DNA from: Phoronis australis
Taxonomy: Eukaryota; Animalia; Phoronida
Length of the DNA: 64,000 bases
Reading direction: 5' to 3'
Assembly (NCBI GenBank): GCA_002633005.1
Contig: NMRA01000066.1
Span: 506,940-570,939 of the forward strand
The notes beneath the pieces are model-generated. The model ran no database searches. It saw only the letters and a program-made list of their open reading frames with translations, and had not been told where the DNA came from. The translations under genes and the position numbers were made by a program. This document shows, in pieces, positions 12,801-24,800 of the stretch; the stretch's first letter is position 1; every line of letters starts with the position of its first letter.

Positions 12801-15800
12801 GTCCTATTCATTTTTGTAGGATTCTAAAATTATCACTGGTGAATGAGAAAAGTATACAACAAACACCATGTGCATTGGGGACATTCTACTTCATCAACTT
12901 TCTCCACAAAAGTAAACAATTCTCAACCGTTACCTATGATGTTTGTAGTTTGCAGCTGCCATGAAGCAAAAGTGAAGAATTTTAAATAAAGCAACATTTG
13001 AAAAGCATAAAATTGTAAATTATTTTGTGTGAAATTAAAGACCCGATAACATTCATTGCTGTATATGCACACAATTTGCAAATGGTATAGGCAGCTACCG
13101 CACATGAAAACTTCGAAATGATATAAACATTCATTTTTGCTATTATCTGTCTTCGAAAATGTAACGTTATGGCAAACACTCTACTGCCTCAGGTGTTGGG
13201 GAACAAACTGAATATCTGAAGAGGCAAAGGAGAGATTGCAGTAGTTTGCCTGACTGTGTATCACACAAGGTCTTGTGTATTGATTAGGTTAGTGTTTAGG
13301 AAACTTTAACTGGCTGATAGTGATTACAGTAGGCACATATTAAAGGTATTGAGACAAAATGACGCACAATTCTCCGTCATGACGGCTGATTGGAAGTCGA
13401 ATTCTTAGTCAGAGTAGTCTTACCTCGTGAGCAAGTTTGAAAGGAATTGCGATAATTCTTCATTTGTTTTAGCTCACTATACGAACGACAGGTAAAATTC
13501 TATTTTGTAAAAATTTTCCACAAATGTTAAGACAAATAACATTTTAAGTCTTTCACCAATTAACATGCTTGAATTTTGAGAACCAGTTTTCTCCACTGAA
13601 TAGCGGGCATCAAACTGGTTCTCAGACTATTGTCGTTTAATGTGTAGATGTCATAAAGCAGCATTTGGTGAAGTTTCCACAAGGCAACGAGTCTTTGAAA
13701 GTGGAAAACGTCCAGTCTGATAGTTATTCTTGTGTGAAACGTGTAGAGATTAATTGTAACAGAGAAGTTAGTTAGGTGCCCCAGTCGTTGTGTAAGTAGA
13801 ATTGTGTTGCCCTGATTTTCAGTACCAGTCTTTTTACTTTTAACAAAATAATCCGTTTAGGTGTCATGACAGCAGGGCACTAGTTCATCAATGGAGAAAG
13901 GTGCCGGTGCCTTTTGAGATGGAATTTTTTTGGAGTGAGGGGAAAATTGTACCTCCCGCTCATCCTCTATAACACCTCACCCTGTCGTCAAGTTCTTAAT
14001 AAGCTCTGCCTCAAGCGCTTAAGCAACCTGAAGTAACTTTTTGTGCTTCTATGTTAGCTGTGTAAGTTACAAGTGATTAGATTCTTGAGAGGAATTTTTC
14101 AATCACTTGAGGGAAATTTTTGGGCCTCATGAGGGGAATTTCACGTGATTTTTCAATATTTTTTAGATTGGGGCTAATATTGGGCCTCAAAATTGAAGGA
14201 TTGAGGGCCCTGTGACAGGGAAACTATAGTTTGTTTGATTACTTTTGTCATGCACTGTATGTCTTCAGTCCACTGTGAATGTCTGTGATCACCTTGTACC
14301 AGACAATGTTGTAATTAGTATTGATCTGGGCTCATCAGAGAATGTCTAATGTGTGGACAGTGTGCTAATGAAAATGAATATTCCTTTCAAGACCACTGGA
14401 GTGTATGCAAATGAACAATTAGTGAAGAATTTGAGGCCAGAGTTTTCCCAGAAATCACCTATTCTCAACAAACTGTTCATTGGTAACTTCAAGCCCAACA
14501 TGAGGCATNCCAGAAGTAACTTTTTGTGCTTCTATGTTAGCTGTGTAAGTTACAAGTGATTAGATTCTTGAGAGGAATTTTTCAATCACTTGAGGGAAAT
14601 TTTTGGGCCTCATGAAGGGAACTTCACATGACTTTTCAATATTTTTTAGATTGGGGCTAATGTTGGGACTCAAAATTGAAGGATTGAGGGCCCTGTGACA
14701 GGGAAACTATAGTTTGTTTGATTACTTTTGTCATGCACTGTATGTCTTCAGTCCACTGTGAATGTCTGTGATCACCTTGTACCAGACAATGTTGTAATTA
14801 GTATTGATCTGGGCTCATCAGAGAATGTCTAATGTGTGGACAGTGTGCTAATGAAAATGAATATTCCTTTCAAGACCACTGGAGTGTATGCAAATGAACA
14901 ATTAGTGAAGAATTTGAGGCCAGAGTTTTCCCAGAAATCACTTATTCTCAACAAACTGTTCATTGGTAACTTCAAGCCCAACATGAGGCATGATTATGAA
15001 TTATTTTGATTTAGAACTTAATATAGTGGATTCGTGAAATTTTATTAAATCAAGATTTCCAATAAAAATAATGAGGAAGAAACTTTACTTCACCAGTTTC
15101 ACTGTTTATATTGTACAACTTTCATCAACAGACACTAGCCACGTTTTTAACGTGCATAACGAGCTTTAGGAAATGACTGGCAATGATTTGTGTTGGAATT
15201 AATCATTGCAAAATGGTGTTTTTTTGGCATTGACATTCAGGGCCAAAGCCACAGGCTAAATAAACCATTAAACACAGGGTTGTGGAAAGTCACAGATTTT
15301 CATAACTGAGCATGTTCATAGAAAATCATACCCGGTTACAAATCTAATGTGTCCAGCACTTGTTCTGAAACATTTAACATAATCATTCAGTTAAGATTCG
15401 CAGAGCGTGCTAAATTACAATTATTCATCTGGTGAAAGAGACCATTTTGTTCAATTTTTTTTAAAGACTTGTGTTTGGTTGATATGCGACATTGCTTACA
15501 GTTAATCCCGAAACTATAATAGAGCGCAATTATTTTTAATAAAAAAACAAAAAAATGTCAATGTGAAATTTAAAGTGGGTTAATGTAGCTAAATGAAATT
15601 TTAAAACTGTATGTCTTTCAAAACAATTATGTTTTTAACAAGTGGTTTCAGCATTGCGTTTCGTGAAACATTACAATTCTTTGCATATTTTTTAATCATG
15701 GAATTTGAAAAATAATTGCACTGGGGTCAGTTTGAAAACAAAAGTCAAAGCCGCAAGAAGAATGCCTGTTGTATGCCCCTGACAACAAACTTATCATCTT

Positions 15801-18800
15801 GCTGTTTCTTTGTTTGAAGTTGAATAAAGTCAATTGACGAGTATTCATTCCACCTTTCGTTTTGTATTTGAAGTGCTCTTAAGTGTCCAGCCAGCTATCT
15901 GTGTCCTTTGTTGGCAGACAGTCATTGGATCCATTAAGATATTGATATTCCCTTCAGATGAGAACCTACAACAGTACTACAACAGCTTGATACTGCATGC
16001 AGTGTTTGCCAATCAAGAACAGCTGGACAAATTAAAGTTTAATTCCTAATAATTTTACTGTATTGAAACCTAGGTTTACATGCCATTGTTTGCATCCCAT
16101 TGTTTTGTCTGGAACTAATGTGACATTCTATGGGGAGCAATTGTGAGAGAATGATAGTGATATGGCAGTTTGTTGTCTTAGATGTAGACAAAGAGGATTG
16201 GGATTGGTGCCTTGGGATTCACAAGAGTGTGTATGTTGGTGTGTTAGACAACTGTTACGTAGCTTTGGCTAGTTGCAAACAGAGGCATCACTTGAGGCTG
16301 TTTGTTGAGGATCTGCTTAGACACTGGAATGGTGGAAGTGCTCCATCAAAAACATTTGGAGACTGTCACTTTCACTTTTTCAGGATTAGGGTGAGATCTC
16401 GCCAATTGCGGACAAAAAATAATATTAAAATTGTTCTTTTCTCATTTTTCAAGGGCACCTGATAATGCTGGGAATTTGCTTAATTTTTCAAAACATTAAG
16501 TCTGGTGGTAGTTTTTGAACAGAACATGAACATAGGGAAGTAGTAATTTGGTTGTATCTATCTTTCATAGGAATAATGAGGAAGTAAGTTTTGTCGGCCA
16601 TATTGTGTCCTAAATTGCTGAGGTTTAGGAGGCACTGAACAGTTCTCACAGGGATTTGCCTATCAGAACACACGTCAATGGGCCCTTCATCCTTTCTTCA
16701 CTCCGTCAAAAACTGCATCCAAATAAAGAAATGTTTTGAGTCATTTCACATCTCAAGCCCTACAGATGAGGACAGAAACTTTGTACTCTTTTGTATTTTT
16801 GACCCTTTCGCTCCCAGTGAAAACTAAGCTGAACGAAGAAAAATAAGGGCAAAAAATGCAAAATCGGCACTTTTTCACCCCAAGACCACCACTTCCCTGC
16901 CGATGCTCGACTAAAGCCAACATTAGATTGCGAAAGCAAATTTCTTACGGATTCCAAAAATGTGGTCCAAAAGTACTGTCAACCAACTAGTTTTTTGCAA
17001 ATCTGGCTTGTTTGAGGGCTACCTGAAATCGCGGCCAATTTCTCAGTTACTACACAGCAATCACAATTGCAACAGGGGGCCACCATCTTGAAGAAGAGTG
17101 CAGCTACAGCCGAGAAAGTGGCCTTTTTCATTCTCAGCTTGTTCACAAATACAAACAAACCACATTCACTGAGCCTACATGCAATGCCTACCTACAAAAT
17201 GCCCCCAAACTTGGCCTACCACAAAATTTTAATATTTTGGGAGTGCAAATTGGCCGCATTCGCAGCCTAACTATTCAGTGCCACCTTACAGTTCAGTTGA
17301 TGTTTAATAAGATTATCAGATGCAACTTACAGTACCCGAAAAAATAACTGCACTCTGGGGTGACAATTGGGATACTGTCGCGGTCTGCCTGCACAAATAT
17401 TAGGGCCAGCGTTAGTTTGACCTGTGTCAAAAAATGCACATGGCGTTTTCAGGAATTCGTGACCATTTGAGCGCAAAGTGGCAGAAAAGTAGTGACAATT
17501 GTAAGAAAGAAAATTGACAATTTTTGCATTATTTTTGTGAAAATGAGGTAGCATGTCAGCTGCTGCAGATAAAAGTTTGAGTTACATCGGTGTTTTACAC
17601 GAAAGAGAATTTATTTTGTCGAAAATTTGTAACTAGCGAAATTACATCTAGAAAAATATTACTTTGCCAACTGTGGTAAATGTTTTGTAATAGTATGAAA
17701 CAGCTGGTGCATGCCAAAAGCAAGTAGACAAAATACAGTTTCTTCTTTGTTGTGACTCATAACCTCAAGTTGTTCTTACTTCTTCTCTGATAATGAATTC
17801 TGCATGAAAACAGCCACCATGACGGTGGGAGGGGGGGGATCTTGTGCCCATCCGGGATGACAGGACGTTCCAGATCAGTACATCTGATTAAGTGTAGCAT
17901 GGAGGAGAGTTAGCTTTTGAAAAACAACAATTTCAATAAATATTTTAACTGAGAGTGTAGCCTCTTTACCCTTAGTTCTTATATTGGAAAAGGTCAACAG
18001 GGATCCTGTGACCCAAAAATTTAGTAGGAAATACAGTGCAAAGATGGAGTACTGTATAAAGTAGTTTTCACACAGACTATATGGATAAGGATTTTTTGAA
18101 AAGGGGGGCCCAAGTCAACAATTTGAAAAGTCTAGATTTGATATCAATAAAATCAAGGGAAAAGGGAGGTCTGCACCCCATTGACCCCCCTGGATCCGCC
18201 TATGCAACTGTGACTGTTTTTCTTGAATGTTTTTCATGTAAGCCCCTGGGCCTTAATTGTAATGATGGGTAACATTCAGCGCCTTGTATATATGCATTAT
18301 AAACAAAAATGATGAAGCCACACCTAACATTTCCACATGGCCTACAGCCAAGGCCTTGATGAGTCCTGACATTCTTCCTCTATTTCTGTCCTTAGAAGTA
18401 TGACACTCAGTGTTCAGTTACTCTATCTATTAATGCCGATTATGTAAAAATAGATGTGTTTGTTTGTAGACTCAAGCTCAATTAATCAGACATGGAAAGT
18501 TAATTGGACCTGGCAACCCAATTATGGCCCTGTAATTAAGCCGGGTAACTATGCCAGGCATATGTGCTTGTCTATTTTCAGTCAAATGTCTGTAATTGGA
18601 TGGTAGGTTGTCTTAATCAAGAGGCCCTGCAACTCATAACATCCTAGAAGTTACGGAAAATAGTTGTCATATGATTTGTTATTAATATTTTCGTCTCATA
18701 ACTGTGTACCGTCTCATGATTGTGTACCATCTCATAACAGTGTACCGTCTCATAACTGTGTATCGTCTCATAACTGTGTACTGTCTCATAACTGTGTACC

Positions 18801-21800
18801 GTCTCATAATTGTGTACAGTTTCATAACTGTGTACCGTCTCATAACTGTGTACCGTCTCATAACGGTGTACTGTATAAGTTTTCTGTGAGAGGAGGTGGT
18901 TCAAACAGAAGACAGCGGGATTAGATTTTCATGTCAGACATGAGTAATAAGGTCTTATCATACTGACTTAACTCCAATTCCGGTCTGAGCGGAGCGTCGA
19001 AGTAAACAGCGAAGTTAACTAAACCGTTCATACTGGTTTCAGTCGTTAATGGTCATCGAAGTAAACGGTAGGGGACGCTGTTGTCATCGAAGTTATGGCA
19101 AGGTAGTGCTGCACGACAAGGTTTTTCTTAATGTGACAATTTGGAAACATTTACCTGCGCTCATTGACATAAAACTTATTTTTAATTCGATTGGTGATTA
19201 TTGGAGCAAAATATAATAAGTATTAGCGACTACGATACCCTTTAATTGTGGACGATGAGTGCACATGGCGATAACGTTGATGGGACTGAAGTTGACCGTT
19301 CATACTGCACCGCAGCATCGACGCTCCGCTGTTAAATCCACCTGTTTCGTGCAAAGTTAACTGGATCCAGGCCGAAGTTAACCGTTCATACTGACCGCAA
19401 CTCCGCAAAACATTGATGCGTCGATGTTAGTATGAAAGGCCCTATAGATAGTTGTGATTTCCAAACATTGGTATTCTTTTATTGCTCAAAGTACACATAT
19501 ACATGATTTAGCCAAAGGGAACATATTAACCTACACCTGATTCACCAAAGCACAGTCATAAGTAGATAATGTTACAACTGGAGAATTATGTTGAACTGTA
19601 ACTGACCTACATCCTGTATTTTGTCTAGTATTGTAAACAACTCAAATGGTTTTATTTTGGACATTTAAGTGGTGTCTGCTTGGAACAGTTACATCAGTTA
19701 CCGACATTAATTGTTTTCTTATAATATGGCTTGTTTTGTTCATAATTTAAGCATTTCTTTGTCGTTTGTGATCTCAAGAAAAGTCCATAACTCCATTGCA
19801 AAGAGTCTACTATAGGTGTCGCTAATAGTCTTTGAATTTCTTAGTTCTTTTTTCTAGTGTGAACAACCAGTGTTGGTATGCAAGGTGAGTCATTGCTCAA
19901 AACTGAACTGAGAACAATGTAAACAACATGGTCTATAATTCGTTCACACCTAATTCATCTTTTAAAGTGAGAATGATGCAGGAAATAACTTAATGTTATA
20001 CCAAATACCTGTACCTAATTGACCGTACTAGTCAATTCTTGATCTCTCCACCTGTAGATGTAATTTCCATCACCTGAATGCATCCTATTTGTTGTGGGTA
20101 AAGGGTTCTCTTGTTGACCATTGGAATAGCAGCTAGCGTATAAAGCACACTTTAAAAGGATACTAAACCCTGTTTTCATGATTTCAACCAATCCTCCTGT
20201 CACCAGCTAGTGCACCATGACACCAATCTTCCAAGAATCAACTAAAACTGGTACTTCTATGTCACAGCTTGCACATTATGGTCCTTGGTGGGTGGATTTT
20301 TACTTCAGTTTGCTGTAATTTGCTAAAAGGGTAGGTCTCGTTTACCCATTTAGCAGACTTAGAAAGAAGTTTTCAAAAGTTCCTCCAAATTTTTGAGTGT
20401 TGAGGGTTACAGACCATTATTTTGTTTCAGAGAACTTGATGGGAAAGTTATTTTTACTATCTGTTAAGAGGCCAAAGCCAGGTTTGGTATCCATTTAACA
20501 TAGACTGACAGTAGGCCTGCCTTCAATGGAGGCATTCGTTTGCAACATATCACCATGCTTAACAATCAGTGCATGTGATTACAATAGGTTTACACACAAA
20601 ATTAATGCTTCGGTGGAGTTTGCAGTGCTCAAGGCCGGAGCCAATGCCTCCACAGAGTGTAGTCCAAACGTTCTAAAACCATGCATTTCGAGTGGTGAGT
20701 CCTCTTTCACTAAAGCCACCTAACGAATTCCGAATCTTCTAATGACCACTGGAATTCAAATAGCATAGAACTTACACAGTAGAAACTTATGTTTCAGAAT
20801 AAAACACCTTGAAGTGACTTTCTGTCTGCTGAGGAGTTATGTGATATTTAAAATGTCTGTGTAACATTCGACTTCATCGTAATTCGTGTTCAAAAGGAAT
20901 TGGCTTCCTATGTCTTGTACTTAAACCATCGTGCTCTTAGTCTGGATGTTTTTCCTCATAACAGGTCATTGGTTATCATTTCCTAAGCATGACTCCTCAA
21001 GAATGTCGCACATTTATTTGTGGTTTATATGTTCATGCTACCTGGAACTCAGCCTTTGATGCTGACTTTGGGATTGATTCATTTGGTGAAACATATCGGT
21101 TAGACCAACAACCAATAGATGTCAGGCCTAGTGGTTGTGGATGTCCTTCTGATGGGTTGGGTTAATTTACAATAAATTTTTTGCTTGTGAACTCACCATC
21201 TGTTTTCGAAGTGTCAATTATATCCGATATGCAAGTCGTACTTGTGAAAAAATTGCGTTATAAGTGAGGTATTAGTTCTGTTTTTTGCTTCTCTGTTTGT
21301 TAGTCCATAGTATTTACTTTGCCTGCGAAATAACAACATAGTTTTATCTTCCACTAAGGAAGTATTTTCTTCTATCAACACCAGTGCGATATAAGGAAAG
21401 TAGGTTTATCTCTTGATAATGCCAATATTCCATATAGACCTCCAGTGTTCCCTGCTGGAAGCAAATGAAAAGCCTCCATTTATCACAAAACACTGTGTGC
21501 TTAGCTGGGCTGACAAGTGAGAAGAGACTCTAGTATGTCTGCCTCAGTTCAGCAGCAGTGGGTTGATTTATGACTTCTGTTTGAATTATTTTCCAGCTTG
21601 GATTTCTGCAGACTTAAATTAATTTGATGTTCCAAATTGTGGGTGCCTAGTATTTGAGCACCTGGTGAGAGTTGTGGACATGCAGCTGGTAGACATTTGT
21701 TGGTTTTGGAATATGGTTGCTAAGCAAATACTTCAATGGAACTGGGATTGTGGTGCTGCGGAATTGCAAAAATAGTCACGCTATACAGGGAGAGACAGTT

Positions 21801-24800
21801 ATTTCTGGCAATAACATTGAATTAATTCTGTCATCTGCCGTGCGCGGAGGTCTCCGTTATGTTTTCCGGTCGTGAAAGTGTCGTTTGAAAATATGTGGAA
21901 CAAGTTAGGACACTTCCTTGGCTTACATAAACGTGGGTATTTTGAATTATGGTAAAATTTCTTCAACTTGGGACAAAATAATTGCTAAAACTGCCGTATT
22001 TCTATTTTTTAAAGGCTTACTGCAGTGCTCAAAATTTTACCTAGTGTTGTTCAGTAATACCTTCTCCACGCAAGTGATACCAACCGAGCTAGAAGCTATT
22101 TTCCTGAGGAGTTATTTTTTCAGTACGAAATGAAATTTCTCCTGTCTGCCATGTTCTGTCTCAAGCTGAAGACTCTTACCGTAATTAAACATGCTATCAG
22201 TTTTGTGTGCGCTTCCTGTCTGTGTTTTCAACCGTATCTGTTTTCTGCTCATCCAGAATGCCAAATTTTAAGAAAAGAGCATTTGTTGAAATTCATCTAG
22301 CTTCTGGGAAGTTGTAAAATCCAAGGAGAAAGCAAATGAGAAATAATACTAATCATTTGTAATTTAGCTTTAAAACTCCACCAATTTTCTATATGAAGAA
22401 GTTTTGTAAACCTTGTTAAAAGCTAGTGCTCATTGATATTTGCTTCACATGAGGATAGATTTATGATTATGCATTGTTCAATCTCAAGAGCCACAGTTTT
22501 AATGGCGATCATAAAACGTGATTAAATTGAAGTCTAATGTGAAATAGCTTAGGAATTAAATTTTGTTGTTTTTGTTTTTGTGATTGTGTGGACTCATTGA
22601 TTTTGATGCAGTTCATGTGGAGGTAATGTTGATTTTTGATCTGGGTTGCGCTAGTCTGTCTGTTCCTTGTGTTGTGAATTATATGCCCAGTCTTAAGGTA
22701 ATTCTCCAATTGTCTAAAATTGCCATGTTTCCATTTTTCAAATGCTGATTACTACTGGTGGAAACTTCAAACAAATGCTGTTTCATGACATCTGCACGGG
22801 CATAAACTATTGTCTTACTCTTCATTTCTTGAGAAATTTGACAAAATAATAACTTCACTTGCTAGTCATATTGTGTGCTAAATACTCGGAAGACTTACCA
22901 CGCCTTCACTGGTGGTGATGCGTTATAGGATGTGCACTGCTTAAGAAATATATTCAAATTTCGCCTCAAAAGTAAGCTTTGTAGAAGTTGCAAACTGTCC
23001 AAAAATGGTTAGGTTTGCTACAAATTAACCTATGTATAAGAGGTTAATTTGCGCTGTTTGTGTCTTGGTTGAAATCTGAACATGTCAAACTGACTTGGAC
23101 TAAGGTAATGTTGAAGCTACTAAATATAGAGCAGTTAAATTTTCATAGAACATGCCTAAAATAGGGTTTCCTCTTCTTGTGTCTACTCCCTAGTGCGATG
23201 CATAATTCCATAGTAGTAGCAATGCCCCCCTCTTCCATGAAAAAGCATCCAAGTAACCCCCATGATGACTGATCCAAGTACTGTATAAATATGGCATATG
23301 TTTGCTAAGATATGAGTGCAGAGGTTGGGTTTTCATGTACATGCCATGTTAGATGAAGAGTTTTGACCTTTGGCCTTTCACCTTTATTACTCATGTCTGC
23401 ACCCCTTGCCATTACACCTCCATGTTGGCAGGCAGGGTGACCTTTCAAGTGTGCTGGCACAAAACTAGTTTATCGCCGGTTTCCTGTTGAGGTGGATCGA
23501 ATCTGTTTGGCCGTTAATCTTTGAGAGTTTTTGTGCGTCTTCCTCTATTTAGAAGTTTCGATGGACTGTGGCAAATACTACTGAATTTAGTGGAGTTGGA
23601 GTCCAGTTATTTCACACTTGATTGAGTTTGTGTAGAAAGAGTCATCTGTTTTCTGTGTTCAAGGTTCAAGTCAGTGATTTTATGACAGTGTTATCAACAC
23701 ATTGGATATTACATTGGAAGATTCTGTGAATTTTAACAGAGACTGGCTGATTGCTAGCAGTTACAGATACCTTTAGTAGTCCATAGTGGGCTGTGAAGAC
23801 TTTCTTACCTGCGTGAATGTTAATTGGATTGAAGAGCTTAGGTTATTTGATTCTCATTGAGGAGGGTGAAGAGAAGGGTGTATGTGTTTGACTCATTTCA
23901 TGTGTTGGCCTTTCTATTCACAAACAAACATGGTGTGAATTGATGGGAAACTTCCTGATGAACTGAATAGCTATGATTCATACTTGTTGCATCTTTGATG
24001 AAAAGACTGAAAGAGAAGGAATGTGATGGTATCCTTGACGTCTGCTTTTTTCTACTACTGGATATTTCTCATCGGAGTAGACAAGCTTACTCAACTGGCG
24101 ATATGGCTGTTTGGCTTATGTTAGTATATACCAGGCAATGTGGGATTTAGAAGCGTGATAGCGGAAGAAATTAGTATAAAAACTTTGATTTGTGTAAATG
24201 AATTTGTCAAGGGAACATAAACTAATGTTGCCAACATCGTCGCCGAAGAAAATATAAAATCGAAATAGCTTCCAAAACGGTAAAGTTCATTCTGTGATCT
24301 CGCCAAAAAATTGAGGGTTACATAAATGTGGCGAAGTCTCCTTAGCAGTACATCCAAATTTTTGTCTGTTATACTAAAAAATTTTAAAAACTGCATAAAG
24401 TTATAGCTGGAGTCAAACAGAGCATCTGAGTTTTGATCGACTATCATTCTCAGACTGTGGTCATGCAACCTATCTTGGAGACCAATCTTGCTACATCTCA
24501 GTGACATCACTCAAAACCAATTCAGAATCGAGCCCCGTATCAGAATAGAATGGTTTCCTATTAATTTATTCTGAAGAAATGATTTCCACCTTTACTAGCA
24601 ATTCAGTTTTCAAGAGATGTTTCTTGACTGGCTGCAGACTTATATTTGAACAAAACATAAGTGAGAAATTGGAATCGTATCTTAATGGTTTAGCCTCACG
24701 GGTCGTCGTGCAACAAGAATTGCATTTTTGTATGATTCAAACGTTACATGGCTTATTGGCTTTCAAATTGACAATGAACGGGAACTTGTCTGTTAGTTTT

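Noticed and set aside
18644-18924. Periodic ORFs (HSYETV)n, (SHNCVP)n and (ITVYRL)n; the array looks superficially CRISPR-like
   Set aside because: They are by-products of an 18-bp intronic minisatellite whose unit is a multiple of 3. There are no unique spacers and no cas genes, and the context is eukaryotic.
19858-19890. Possible 27-nt micro-exon or short start exon ending at AAG|GTGAGT
   Set aside because: As an internal phase-1 exon it contains a stop codon. The ATG CAA G start-exon reading has no support beyond the donor.
23900-23966. HKQTWCELMGNF resembling the N-terminal half of a C1 domain
   Set aside because: It lacks the second Cys and reaches a stop codon before any suitable donor.
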